Sequence record: SRR33789315_95
Strand: one strand, 5' to 3'
Length of the DNA: 64,000 nucleotides
The notes beneath the pieces were generated by a model. That model ran no database searches and had not been told where the DNA came from. It saw only the letters and a program-made list of their open reading frames with translations. The position numbers and the translations under genes were made by a program. This document shows positions 1 through 8,985 of this stretch, in pieces; the stretch's first letter is position 1, and each line of letters begins with the position of its first letter.

Positions 1-36
1 GATATGAATTTAAGTACTGACCTCTAAAAATTTATT

Positions 37-1884
37 CTAATAGCTATCTTTCACATTGTCTTTGATGTATTTCATACAATCCTGAAAGTTTCTAAAAACT
101 TGATCTTTACCCACCAAATCTGGGAGAATATCTATTTTTTCCATTAAATATCTGGGCTGTTTCTTCACATTTACAATCAATGGCGTTATTCCATTCTGTT
201 TAAGCTGAAGCAATACTTCTTCTAACGCATATAACCCAGATTGATCTATATAAGGCACTCGAGACATCCTGATAATCACATGTGACGCTGTGCTGGGTAT
301 TTCTGCAGCTAAAGCTTGAAAATTGTTTGTTGAGCCAAAAAATAGTGGTCCTTCTAGGCGTTTAATATAAACCTCTTCTTTTAGATTCTTTGGAAAGTTG
401 AGCTCATCTGCCCACTTATTTAAAGTAGCATCTGCATCATCAAGACGCACAACGTCTGAGGTAGCTGCCGTATGATCTCCCATTTTCTTCATAAAAATAA
501 GTGATGCTATAACCAGTCCTATTCCTACGGCATAAACTAAATTCCAAAACGTAGCCAGTAATAAAACAACCACCATAATCACAACTTCTGTTTTAGGCAT
601 GAATGGTATTGCTTTTAGCCCCTTATAATCCATAACACCTATCCCAACTGTTATCAATATTCCCGCTAATACGGCGGCAGGGATTTTTGAAGCAATGGGA
701 CCCATAGCGAGTAATACCACTAGAAGTAAAACAGCCGCAACCATTCCAGACAATCTTGTTTTACCTCCAGACTTAATATTTACCACTGTACGTATAGTAG
801 CACCAGCGCCAGGTATTCCGCCAAAAAGAGCAGCTATCCCGTTTCCTATTCCTTGACCTACCAATTCTTTATTAGGGTTATGTTTAGTCTTAGTCATATT
901 ATCTGCTACGACAGAGGTAAGTAAAGAATCAATACTCCCTAAAAGAGACAAAGTAAGTGCCGTAAAAACGTAAGGAGAAATCATGGCCATGTTCATATTG
1001 GCAAAAATTTCAAAATGCGGTATTGGGAATCCACTAGGTATGGTTTCTATGGGTCTGTAATCTATACCTAAAAAGTAGGCTCCTAATGATACAACAAGTA
1101 AAGCAACCAAGGTACTGGGTACTGTGGTTGTAATACGTTTAAATCCATAAATTATAAAGATGGTGATTAAAGCAAGCCCTACTTCTAGCCAATTTATATT
1201 TTTAATAGCCTGTGGTAATGTTTTTATGGCACCTATTACCCCAGAACTGCTTCTTTTAGCCATATTACGAGCTTCAGCATTAATCTCCTCAGCAGTAAGC
1301 TGGCCTGCGCGCTCTATTGTAGCCTCAAAATTTTCTAAAACTAATATTCCTTCACCAGCTTCATCTTTTAAAATTTTATCCAGTAAAACTTCTTCGGCTT
1401 GCGGTTTAAAATCTCCAATATAGGTCTTATCATCTTGAACATAGTACCCAAGCAATGGTAACAGTTGTGTAATTAAAATAATGACTCCTATTGCCGTCAT
1501 AAATCCCGAAACTACAGGATAAGGAATATAGCGTATGTATTTACCAAGTTTTAAAAAACCTAATGCAATCTGCATTAAACCAGCGAGAAGAAATACAATT
1601 AATATAAAAGGCAAGGCTACAGCCACATCACCCTCATTTGCCGCAATAATACCTCCAATAATGACCATTGATACTGCAGTCATTGGTGCCGTAGGTCCAG
1701 AAATTTGTGTGTTAGTTCCTCCAAATAAAGATGCAAAAAACCCAATAAAAATAGCTCCATAAAGACCTGCATCTGGTCCCAGTCCAGATTGCACTCCAAA
1801 GGCTAAAGCTAAAGGTAGCGCCACAATTCCTGCTGTTATTCCTCCAAAGAGATCTCCCTTAAAATGTTGAAATAATTTACTCAT
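37..1884 (-). CDS. SulP/SLC26 anion permease with STAS domain, BicA-like bicarbonate transporter
   Basis: GDLFGGITAGIVALPLALAFG start, SGPT, GATIRT motif, C-terminal STAS (GPLFFGS...DQSG). Confidence 0.9.
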   Translation of the reverse strand: MSKLFQHFKGDLFGGITAGIVALPLALAFGVQSGLGPDAGLYGAIFIGFFASLFGGTNTQISGPTAPMTAVSMVIIGGIIAANEGDVAVALPFILIVFLLAGLMQIALGFLKLGKYIRYIPYPVVSGFMTAIGVIILITQLLPLLGYYVQDDKTYIGDFKPQAEEVLLDKILKDEAGEGILVLENFEATIERAGQLTAEEINAEARNMAKRSSSGVIGAIKTLPQAIKNINWLEVGLALITIFIIYGFKRITTTVPSTLVALLVVSLGAYFLGIDYRPIETIPSGFPIPHFEIFANMNMAMISPYVFTALTLSLLGSIDSLLTSVVADNMTKTKHNPNKELVGQGIGNGIAALFGGIPGAGATIRTVVNIKSGGKTRLSGMVAAVLLLVVLLAMGPIASKIPAAVLAGILITVGIGVMDYKGLKAIPFMPKTEVVIMVVVLLLATFWNLVYAVGIGLVIASLIFMKKMGDHTAATSDVVRLDDADATLNKWADELNFPKNLKEEVYIKRLEGPLFFGSTNNFQALAAEIPSTASHVIIRMSRVPYIDQSGLYALEEVLLQLKQNGITPLIVNVKKQPRYLMEKIDILPDLVGKDQVFRNFQDCMKYIKDNVKDSY

Positions 1885-2023
1885 AAAACATTTTTCTTGC
1901 GCTAGTAGTGAACGTTATTTAGATAAAATCTCTTTATATTTTATGTATAGAAATCGTAAAATTTCATCTTTTAAATATACATTAAATTGCTATCCTAGCA
2001 GGAAAAATGATTTTTTATAAAGT

Positions 2024-2053
2024 AAAAGCGCCGGAAATTTCCGGCGCTTTTTT
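2024..2053. terminator. Intrinsic terminator / perfect palindrome between the two SulP genes
   Basis: AAAAGCGCCGGAAATTTCCGGCGCTTTT is a perfect 28-bp palindrome (2024-2051) with A/T tails, about 20 nt past the stop of 2071..3672. Confidence 0.85.
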
Positions 2054-2070
2054 ACATATGCTTGAATAAA

Positions 2071-3672
2071 TTAAGCCGTAGCACGCAGCCGCTGCTTATT
2101 TACTTGATTAAAAAATTGTGCGTAGCTTTCAGGATTTTCGATGGTTCCCGCATTAGAAAAAATCTTTATATTAATATTCTTTTCTCTTGCTTTAATGCCA
2201 AAATCCTCTAATATCTCAATAATGTCATTGTCCATAAATTTTGTTTTAGTGACATCTATTTCTAAAAAGCTATTCTTTTCTAAAAGATTAAGTTCCTTAG
2301 TTATAGCTCCTTTATTAATAAAAGTCACTTCTTCTGCTAAAGTCATGTTAACCACATTTTCACCATTCTCTCCTTTAATTATATGAAGAAAGTGAGAATT
2401 TTGATAGCTTTTTATCAAAATAACAATTATGCCTACTGTCAATCCCAAACCTATTCCTATAAGTAAATCTCCAAAGACTATACCTACTACGGTTACAATA
2501 AAAGGCACAAACTGTTTCCAGCCCATATCATACATCTTTTTGAAAAGAGACGGCTTGGCCAATTTATAACCCACCAAAAATAAGATGGCAGCCAAAACCG
2601 AAAGTGGAATTAGATTGAGCACATTCGGAATAATTATCACAGAAATCAACAGAAGAAAACCATGAATAATGGCAGACATTTTAGTCTGACCTCCTGATTG
2701 AATATTAGCAGAGCTTCTTACAATTACCTGCGTTACAGGTAAACCACCAATCATTCCAGATATAATATTTCCTATTCCTTGAGCATACAATTCTCGGTTT
2801 GTAGGGGTGGTTCTTTTATGCGGGTCTAGTTTGTCTGTTGCTTCTACACACAATAATGTTTCTAGGCTTGCAACAAGGGCGATTGTAAATGCCGTTATCC
2901 AAACATCCATATTACCAACTATATTAAAATTGGGAAAAGTGAATTGCCCTATAAACGAACTAAAATCGTCAGGAATAGGTACGTTTACTAAATGATCATC
3001 AGCTATCGCTAAAGTTTCGGAGTCTTTAGTAAACAAGTAGAAAATAATCCCAGCTGCCACGGCTACCAATGGTCCTTGTACTAGCTTAAAAAATTTCCCC
3101 TTATTAGATAAAACGGCTTCCCATAAAATAAGAATTGCCATTCCTATCACAGCTATAAGAGTTGCTCCTGAGCTAATATTAGTAAGCATATTTCCCAATG
3201 AAGAAAACGTGTTTTCCCCATCAGCCTGCATAAAAGCAAAATCTCCCTCAGGATCAATATCATAACCGAAAAAATGAGGGATCTGCTTTAGGATAATAAT
3301 AATCCCTATACCTGTTAACATACCTTTTATCACTGATGACGGAAAGTAATATCCTATCACACCTGCTTTCAATAATCCAAATACAATTTGTATTACTCCA
3401 CCAAGAACAACAGCAACAAGAAGATTCTCATATCCTCCTAAAGTCGTAAGTGCCGTAAGCACAATGGCCGTAAGGCCTGCTGCGGGGCCACTTACTCCAA
3501 GACTAGATCCACTAATGGCTCCAACCACTATTCCTCCTACAATTCCTGATATTAATCCAGAAAAAAGAGGTGCACCACTTGCTAGTGCTATTCCCAAACA
3601 AAGCGGTATGGCAACAAAAAACACCACCACACTTGCCGGAAAATCATTTTTGAAATTCTTAAATATATCCAT
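2071..3672 (-). CDS. SulP family inorganic anion permease with short STAS-like tail
   Basis: NDFPASVVVFFVAIPLCLGIALASG, SGPAAGL, VIVRSS; 11 nt downstream of the carbonic anhydrase. Confidence 0.9.
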   Translation of the reverse strand: MDIFKNFKNDFPASVVVFFVAIPLCLGIALASGAPLFSGLISGIVGGIVVGAISGSSLGVSGPAAGLTAIVLTALTTLGGYENLLVAVVLGGVIQIVFGLLKAGVIGYYFPSSVIKGMLTGIGIIIILKQIPHFFGYDIDPEGDFAFMQADGENTFSSLGNMLTNISSGATLIAVIGMAILILWEAVLSNKGKFFKLVQGPLVAVAAGIIFYLFTKDSETLAIADDHLVNVPIPDDFSSFIGQFTFPNFNIVGNMDVWITAFTIALVASLETLLCVEATDKLDPHKRTTPTNRELYAQGIGNIISGMIGGLPVTQVIVRSSANIQSGGQTKMSAIIHGFLLLISVIIIPNVLNLIPLSVLAAILFLVGYKLAKPSLFKKMYDMGWKQFVPFIVTVVGIVFGDLLIGIGLGLTVGIIVILIKSYQNSHFLHIIKGENGENVVNMTLAEEVTFINKGAITKELNLLEKNSFLEIDVTKTKFMDNDIIEILEDFGIKAREKNINIKIFSNAGTIENPESYAQFFNQVNKQRLRATA

Positions 3673-3683
3673 GGATGTTGTTT

Positions 3684-4307
3684 TTATAAAAGTTCAACCT
3701 TACCGGTAGAAATTGCATAAACCCCTCCTACTATTTTTATTTCTCCATTAGCCTCCATTTCACTTAAAAGAGGACTCTTATCATGGATTCTTTTTATAGT
3801 AAATTTTACGTTATTTTCTACAACACCATTAACAAACTCAGTATTACTAGAGTTACGCTCACCAGAAGTAGGAGTAGCTTCAACAGCGGGTTTTATCTTA
3901 CTTAGAAGATTTGTGATATTGCCAAGTTTGACATTATCGCATGCTGCTTTTACAGCGCCACAAGATTCATGTCCTAAAACAAGAATTAGTTTACTGCCAG
4001 CGACCTTACAGGAATATTCAAGACTCCCTAGTATATCTATATTTTCAAAATTTCCAGCAACACGAGCAACAAATAGATCACCTAATCCTTGATCAAAAAC
4101 CATTTCTACCGGCACACGAGAATCTATGCAGCCCAGAACCACAGCTTTAGGCCACTGCCCTTCATGTGTTTTTTCCATTTGTGAGGCATGATCTCTAGCC
4201 AACATGGTGTTTGTAATAAAACGTTTGTTCCCCTCCATTAAGTCTTGTAACACCCCATCTGGTGTGAGTTGACTCTGTTTTTCTTTATCTATAATTGTAT
4301 TTATCAT
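3684..4307 (-). CDS. Beta-class carbonic anhydrase
   Basis: Zn ligand motifs CIDSR and GHESCGA; RVAGN. Confidence 0.95.
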   Translation of the reverse strand: MINTIIDKEKQSQLTPDGVLQDLMEGNKRFITNTMLARDHASQMEKTHEGQWPKAVVLGCIDSRVPVEMVFDQGLGDLFVARVAGNFENIDILGSLEYSCKVAGSKLILVLGHESCGAVKAACDNVKLGNITNLLSKIKPAVEATPTSGERNSSNTEFVNGVVENNVKFTIKRIHDKSPLLSEMEANGEIKIVGGVYAISTGKVELL

Positions 4308-4389
4308 AATAATTCTAATTTATTGAAGTAATAGCATAGCAAACACTTTGTAGTATAGAGTATTTACTTTAATTAAATTGCAGAAAAAA

Positions 4390-4683
4390 TTAGGATAAGC
4401 GGGGAGGAGGAGATACGGGTTCTAAATAAACCTTCCTTTTAAATTGAAAAATATTGAATGGCAGAATCTTATTCTCAACAATTGGTATAACAATAAGAGC
4501 ACAGTATCCGTCAGTAATGATTTTTAGCTTTTTTTCAAATTCAAGATTATTATCCTTTCCTTTTTCCTCTTCTACTAAAGATACCACATTGGTATCACCA
4601 TCAGTTTGGAGCATATCCAAAACACTGGGTGTTATCAAAAAGAGAACAAACAAAATGAAGAAAAAAGAAGCTATAGTCCTCAA
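4390..4683 (-). CDS. Small exported/membrane protein ending in SPPP (possible leader peptide)
   Basis: TTG start, hydrophobic N-terminus, C-terminus LEPVSPPPRLS; -7 promoter element just upstream. Confidence 0.7.
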   Translation of the reverse strand: MRTIASFFFILFVLFLITPSVLDMLQTDGDTNVVSLVEEEKGKDNNLEFEKKLKIITDGYCALIVIPIVENKILPFNIFQFKRKVYLEPVSPPPRLS

Positions 4684-4705
4684 TAAATTTATTTTTTAAG
4701 AATCA

Positions 4706-4713
4706 CAAAACTA
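4706..4713 (-). promoter_or_regulatory. Bacteroidota -7 element (TAGTTTTG) for the leader-CA-SulP unit
   Basis: Matches TAnnTTTG, 22 nt upstream of the TTG at 4683. Confidence 0.6.
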
Positions 4714-5016
4714 AATTATCCCAACCAAAAACCTGTTAATTTCTTACTAAAAATATTGCCTAAAAGAAGAAAATCAACGCTTTGACAAATTTTACTCAAC
4801 AGATTTTAAGAAAGCTAAAATTGTCGAAAGGCTATATAATTAGCAATGTGAAATTTACGCCCTATGTGTTTTTGCAAATAATTCAATATTCTCTTTAATA
4901 TTTTATCTTAAATTATCAAATTCGCGCCCTTTAAATTATTGATCAATTATCATTATCAAATCTTTATTTCTACTATTTTTAACCACACAAGAAACCAAGA
5001 AAACCCCCATATCCAC

Positions 5017-8000
5017 ATGAGAAATTCTATTCTAACATGCTTTGTTAGCTTATTGCTATCATTTACAGCATTTTCACAAATTACAACCGCAGAAGTAAGC
5101 GGAATCGTTTATGACGACCAGAATACCCAATTGCCTGGAGCCAATATTACTGCAGTGCATATACCTACAGGTACTTCTTTCGGAACTATAACAAATCTTG
5201 ACGGAAGATTTATAATTCCTAACATGCGCGTAGGCGGACCTTATACTATTACGATAAGCTATGTGGGCTTCTCTGACTACACGCTTAATGACATTTACCT
5301 CACACTGGGACAGACATTTAATCTTAAAACTACAATGACTACCAGTGCAACAGAGTTAGATGCTGTTATTGTTACTACTGATAAAAACACAATTATCAAT
5401 AATGATAGAACGGGTTCTGAAACAAATGTAGGAAGTCGAGAACTTACCCGTTTACCAACAATTAGTAGATCAACAGAAGATTTTACAAGATTAGAACCCA
5501 CTGCTAGCGGCGGTTCTTTTGGTGGTAGAAATGACCAGTTTAACAACTTTTCATTAGATGGGGCCATTTTTAATAACCCATTTGGATTAGATGCAGCTAC
5601 ACCTGGTGGTCAAACAGGTGCGCAACCGGTATCAATTGATGCTATTGAGCAAATTCAAATATCTAATGCTCCTTATGATGTAACTCAATCTGGATTTACG
5701 GGAGCTTCTGTAAACGCTGTTACAAAAAGTGGTACTAACGAAATTAAAGGTACCGTTTACGGCTTTTTTAGAAATGAAGGTCTTACTGGAGGTAAAATAG
5801 ATGGTGACAAAGTATTTAAAGGAGATCTAAAACAAAATCAATATGGAGTAAGCTTAGGTCTACCCATTGTTAAAAACAAATTGTTCTTTTTCTTTAATAT
5901 GGAAGGAAATGATAGAACTGATTTAGGTTCTAACTTCTATCCTAATACAGGTTCTGGCGGTGTAAGCGAGTCACGTGTATTAGAATCTGATTTAATTGCT
6001 GTACAAAGTGCGTTATTAGGATTGGGCTATGACCCAGGTAGCTATCAAGGTTTTACTCATGACACTAAATCTTTTAAAGGTATTTTTAAACTGGATTGGA
6101 ATATATCTGATAACCATAGAGCAGCGATAATTTATAACTTCCTTGATGCTTCACAAGAAAAACCAGCACATCCTACTGCAATTATGAGAAGAGGACCAAG
6201 CGCCTCTACCTTACAATTTGAAAATTCTGGTTATGAGATGAATAATAACTTGAATTCTATTCAGTTTGAATTAAACTCTACTTTCTCAGAAAAGGTTACC
6301 AATAAATTTCAGGCTGGATATACTCATTTTGATGACTATAGAAAACCATTTTCAACTCCTGCTCCTGTAATTTCGATATTAAAAGATGGTTCTCCTTATA
6401 TCATAGCAGGTCACGAACCTTTCTCTCTTAATAACAAACTAGACCAAAAAGTTTTCCAAGTAACTAACAATTTAAATTACTTTTTAGGAGATCATACGCT
6501 TACCGCAGGTGTTTCTTTTGAAAGATTTGAGTTTCAAAACTCATTTAACCTGACCAGTTATGAATCATTCAATTTCGGAATATTCCCCTATTATGGTCTT
6601 TTTGCTCCTTACTCAAGTGTACAAGAATTCTTAGACAATGCTCAACCTGGAGGTGTAGTTGATCAATATCTTGCTGCTACACAAAATGCGTACGACACAT
6701 TTAACTCGAATGGTGATGGAAATGATGGCGGATGGAAACTTTCTGAACTAAATGTTGGGCAACTTTCTTTCTATCTTCAAGATAAGTGGAATGTTAATGA
6801 AGAGTTTAAATTGACTTACGGCTTGCGTTTTGACAAACCATTATACTTTAATACAGATGAATTAATCCAAAAATTTATCGATACAGAAAATGGCGCTACT
6901 CGTGATAATGCTGTAGAATACTACAACCCGCAAAGTGGCAAAATGGTTACTTTAAATTCTACCGATATGCCAACCAATGACATCCTAGTTTCACCAAGAC
7001 TTGGTTTTAACTGGAATGTGAATAATGAAGGAATCACTCAAGTGCGCGGTGGTACTGGTGTCTTTACAGGAAGATTGCCATTTGTATGGTTAGGAAACCA
7101 AGTGAGTGGTGCAGATGATGGTTATTTCCAAATTGTTGATCCAGATTTTAAATGGCCACAAGTATGGAGAACTAATATTGGTGTTGATCAAAAATTAGAG
7201 GGTGGAGTTACTTTAACTGCAGATGTTTCCTATACAAAAGATATTAATGGGGCTCATGTACAAAACTGGGGCTTAACACCTCCATCAGGATCTTTACAAG
7301 GTGTAGACAACAGACCTTATTATACTGCTGCAGATCACTTAAATAATGCTTATGTATTTAGTAACTCAGACAAAGGAAGAATCTGGAACTTATCTGTTAA
7401 AGCTCAAAAATCTTGGGATAATGGCTTATACACAAGTCTTGCCTACAGTTATTTAGATTCTAAAGATGTAAACTCTATTGAAGCTGAAATAACTGGTGAT
7501 GCTTTTGATTTTAACCCTGCTTATGGAAATGTAAACGACGATGCGTTGTCTTATTCTAAATATGGTGATACCCATAGAATAATAGGTTTAGCCTCAAAAG
7601 AATTTAAATATGGTAATGGTACTTGGGCTACTACTATAACTACCTTCTTTGAATACGCACAAGGAGGTCGTTTTAATTATACTTATGGTGGAGACATTAA
7701 TGGTGATGGATCTTCAGGAAATGATTTGATCTATATTCCTACTTCTACAGAAGTTTCTCAAATGCAATTTTCTGGTTCTGGTCAAGCACAGGCTTTTGAA
7801 TCTTATATCCAACAAGATGATTACTTAAATGATCACAGAGGTCAATACTTTGAGCGTTATGGTGCCTTAGCTCCTTGGAGAGGTCGTTGGGACTTAAAAT
7901 TAATGCAAGATTATAATTTCACTGTCGCTGGTGATAAGACCAATACAATCCAACTTAGTTTAGATGTTCTAAACGTAGGTAACTTATTAAATTCTGAATG

Positions 8001-8169
8001 GGGATTAGTAGAACAACCTAATAATGTTCAACCCATAGGTGTTACAGTAGATGAGAATAATGTGCCTACTTATACTTTTAACACAGATCAAGTGAACACT
8101 TTTGTTTATGATTCTAGCTTACTTTCTAGATGGCAAGCTCAGATTGGAGTGCGTTATATATTTAACTAA
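5017..8169 (+). CDS. TonB-dependent receptor, Oar-like, with N-terminal carboxypeptidase-regulatory-like domain
   Basis: Signal peptide from ATG 5017, GFTGASVNAVTKSGTN plug motif, C-terminal SRWQAQIGVRYIFN. Confidence 0.9.
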   Translation: MRNSILTCFVSLLLSFTAFSQITTAEVSGIVYDDQNTQLPGANITAVHIPTGTSFGTITNLDGRFIIPNMRVGGPYTITISYVGFSDYTLNDIYLTLGQTFNLKTTMTTSATELDAVIVTTDKNTIINNDRTGSETNVGSRELTRLPTISRSTEDFTRLEPTASGGSFGGRNDQFNNFSLDGAIFNNPFGLDAATPGGQTGAQPVSIDAIEQIQISNAPYDVTQSGFTGASVNAVTKSGTNEIKGTVYGFFRNEGLTGGKIDGDKVFKGDLKQNQYGVSLGLPIVKNKLFFFFNMEGNDRTDLGSNFYPNTGSGGVSESRVLESDLIAVQSALLGLGYDPGSYQGFTHDTKSFKGIFKLDWNISDNHRAAIIYNFLDASQEKPAHPTAIMRRGPSASTLQFENSGYEMNNNLNSIQFELNSTFSEKVTNKFQAGYTHFDDYRKPFSTPAPVISILKDGSPYIIAGHEPFSLNNKLDQKVFQVTNNLNYFLGDHTLTAGVSFERFEFQNSFNLTSYESFNFGIFPYYGLFAPYSSVQEFLDNAQPGGVVDQYLAATQNAYDTFNSNGDGNDGGWKLSELNVGQLSFYLQDKWNVNEEFKLTYGLRFDKPLYFNTDELIQKFIDTENGATRDNAVEYYNPQSGKMVTLNSTDMPTNDILVSPRLGFNWNVNNEGITQVRGGTGVFTGRLPFVWLGNQVSGADDGYFQIVDPDFKWPQVWRTNIGVDQKLEGGVTLTADVSYTKDINGAHVQNWGLTPPSGSLQGVDNRPYYTAADHLNNAYVFSNSDKGRIWNLSVKAQKSWDNGLYTSLAYSYLDSKDVNSIEAEITGDAFDFNPAYGNVNDDALSYSKYGDTHRIIGLASKEFKYGNGTWATTITTFFEYAQGGRFNYTYGGDINGDGSSGNDLIYIPTSTEVSQMQFSGSGQAQAFESYIQQDDYLNDHRGQYFERYGALAPWRGRWDLKLMQDYNFTVAGDKTNTIQLSLDVLNVGNLLNSEWGLVEQPNNVQPIGVTVDENNVPTYTFNTDQVNTFVYDSSLLSRWQAQIGVRYIFN

Positions 8170-8187
8170 ACGCTATTAAGATGTATC

Positions 8188-8218
8188 AAAAAAGCCGCCC
8201 TCTTGGGGCGGCTTTTTT
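8188..8218. terminator. Bidirectional intrinsic terminator
   Basis: AAAAAAGCCGCCC-TCTTG-GGGCGGCTTTTTT between the convergent TBDR and batE. Confidence 0.9.
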
Positions 8219-8220
8219 AT

Positions 8221-8985
8221 TTATAATTCTTTTATTTCTTCGGCTAGAATCCAACCTTCTGTCCCATCTGCTATACGTATACGCTTCCATTCGTCTACGT
8301 CTTCCATTACCCGTACTTTAGTGCCTTCGTGTAACACGAAAGCTTCTGCACTTTCAAGGCTTGGCTCCCCTTTTACTTCTACTTGTGAAGCAAAAACAAT
8401 TGCGGGCCTGTCTGTGCCATTTTGCGATCTGGATTGAAAAGCAAAGGCCAAAGAGATCAGACCTATGAACAAGGCCACAAATGAGGCTGTAAATAGTAAA
8501 CGCTTCCTGCCTGTTGTGCGCATAAAATAATATCCTAAAAAGAATACTGCACTTAGCATCATAAGCGTAACGGTTAATCTAGCCCAACCATCAATACTTA
8601 ATAAATTAAGAACCCTATTGCGCCACTTTTTAAATGTGTTTTCTGGTAAAGGTGTAATTGCATCTACCGTCATTTTTCGGGCAAATGCTATATTATTTCG
8701 TGCAGCAGCATCAGCGGGATTAAGCTGTAAAGCTTTTTCGTAGTAATATATACTAGGCCCAATACGATTGAGCTTATAACTGGCATTACCCATATTAAAA
8801 TATAACGAAGCCGACTCAAATCCTTTATCGAGCACTTGGTTATACTGGTCTAATGCTCCTTTCCAATTTTCGGAAGCATATTCCTTATTGCCTAATTCAA
8901 AATAGCTTTCGGCATTTTGCGCAACTACTATTTGCCCTGCCAAAAATATACATATTGCTAACGTTTTATATAAATAGCTTCTCAT
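8221..8985 (-). CDS. batE: BatE, TPR + SH3 membrane protein
   Basis: TPR (LYFNMGNASYK), two TMs, LHEGTKV SH3; last gene of the bat operon. Confidence 0.88.
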   Translation of the reverse strand: MRSYLYKTLAICIFLAGQIVVAQNAESYFELGNKEYASENWKGALDQYNQVLDKGFESASLYFNMGNASYKLNRIGPSIYYYEKALQLNPADAAARNNIAFARKMTVDAITPLPENTFKKWRNRVLNLLSIDGWARLTVTLMMLSAVFFLGYYFMRTTGRKRLLFTASFVALFIGLISLAFAFQSRSQNGTDRPAIVFASQVEVKGEPSLESAEAFVLHEGTKVRVMEDVDEWKRIRIADGTEGWILAEEIKEL

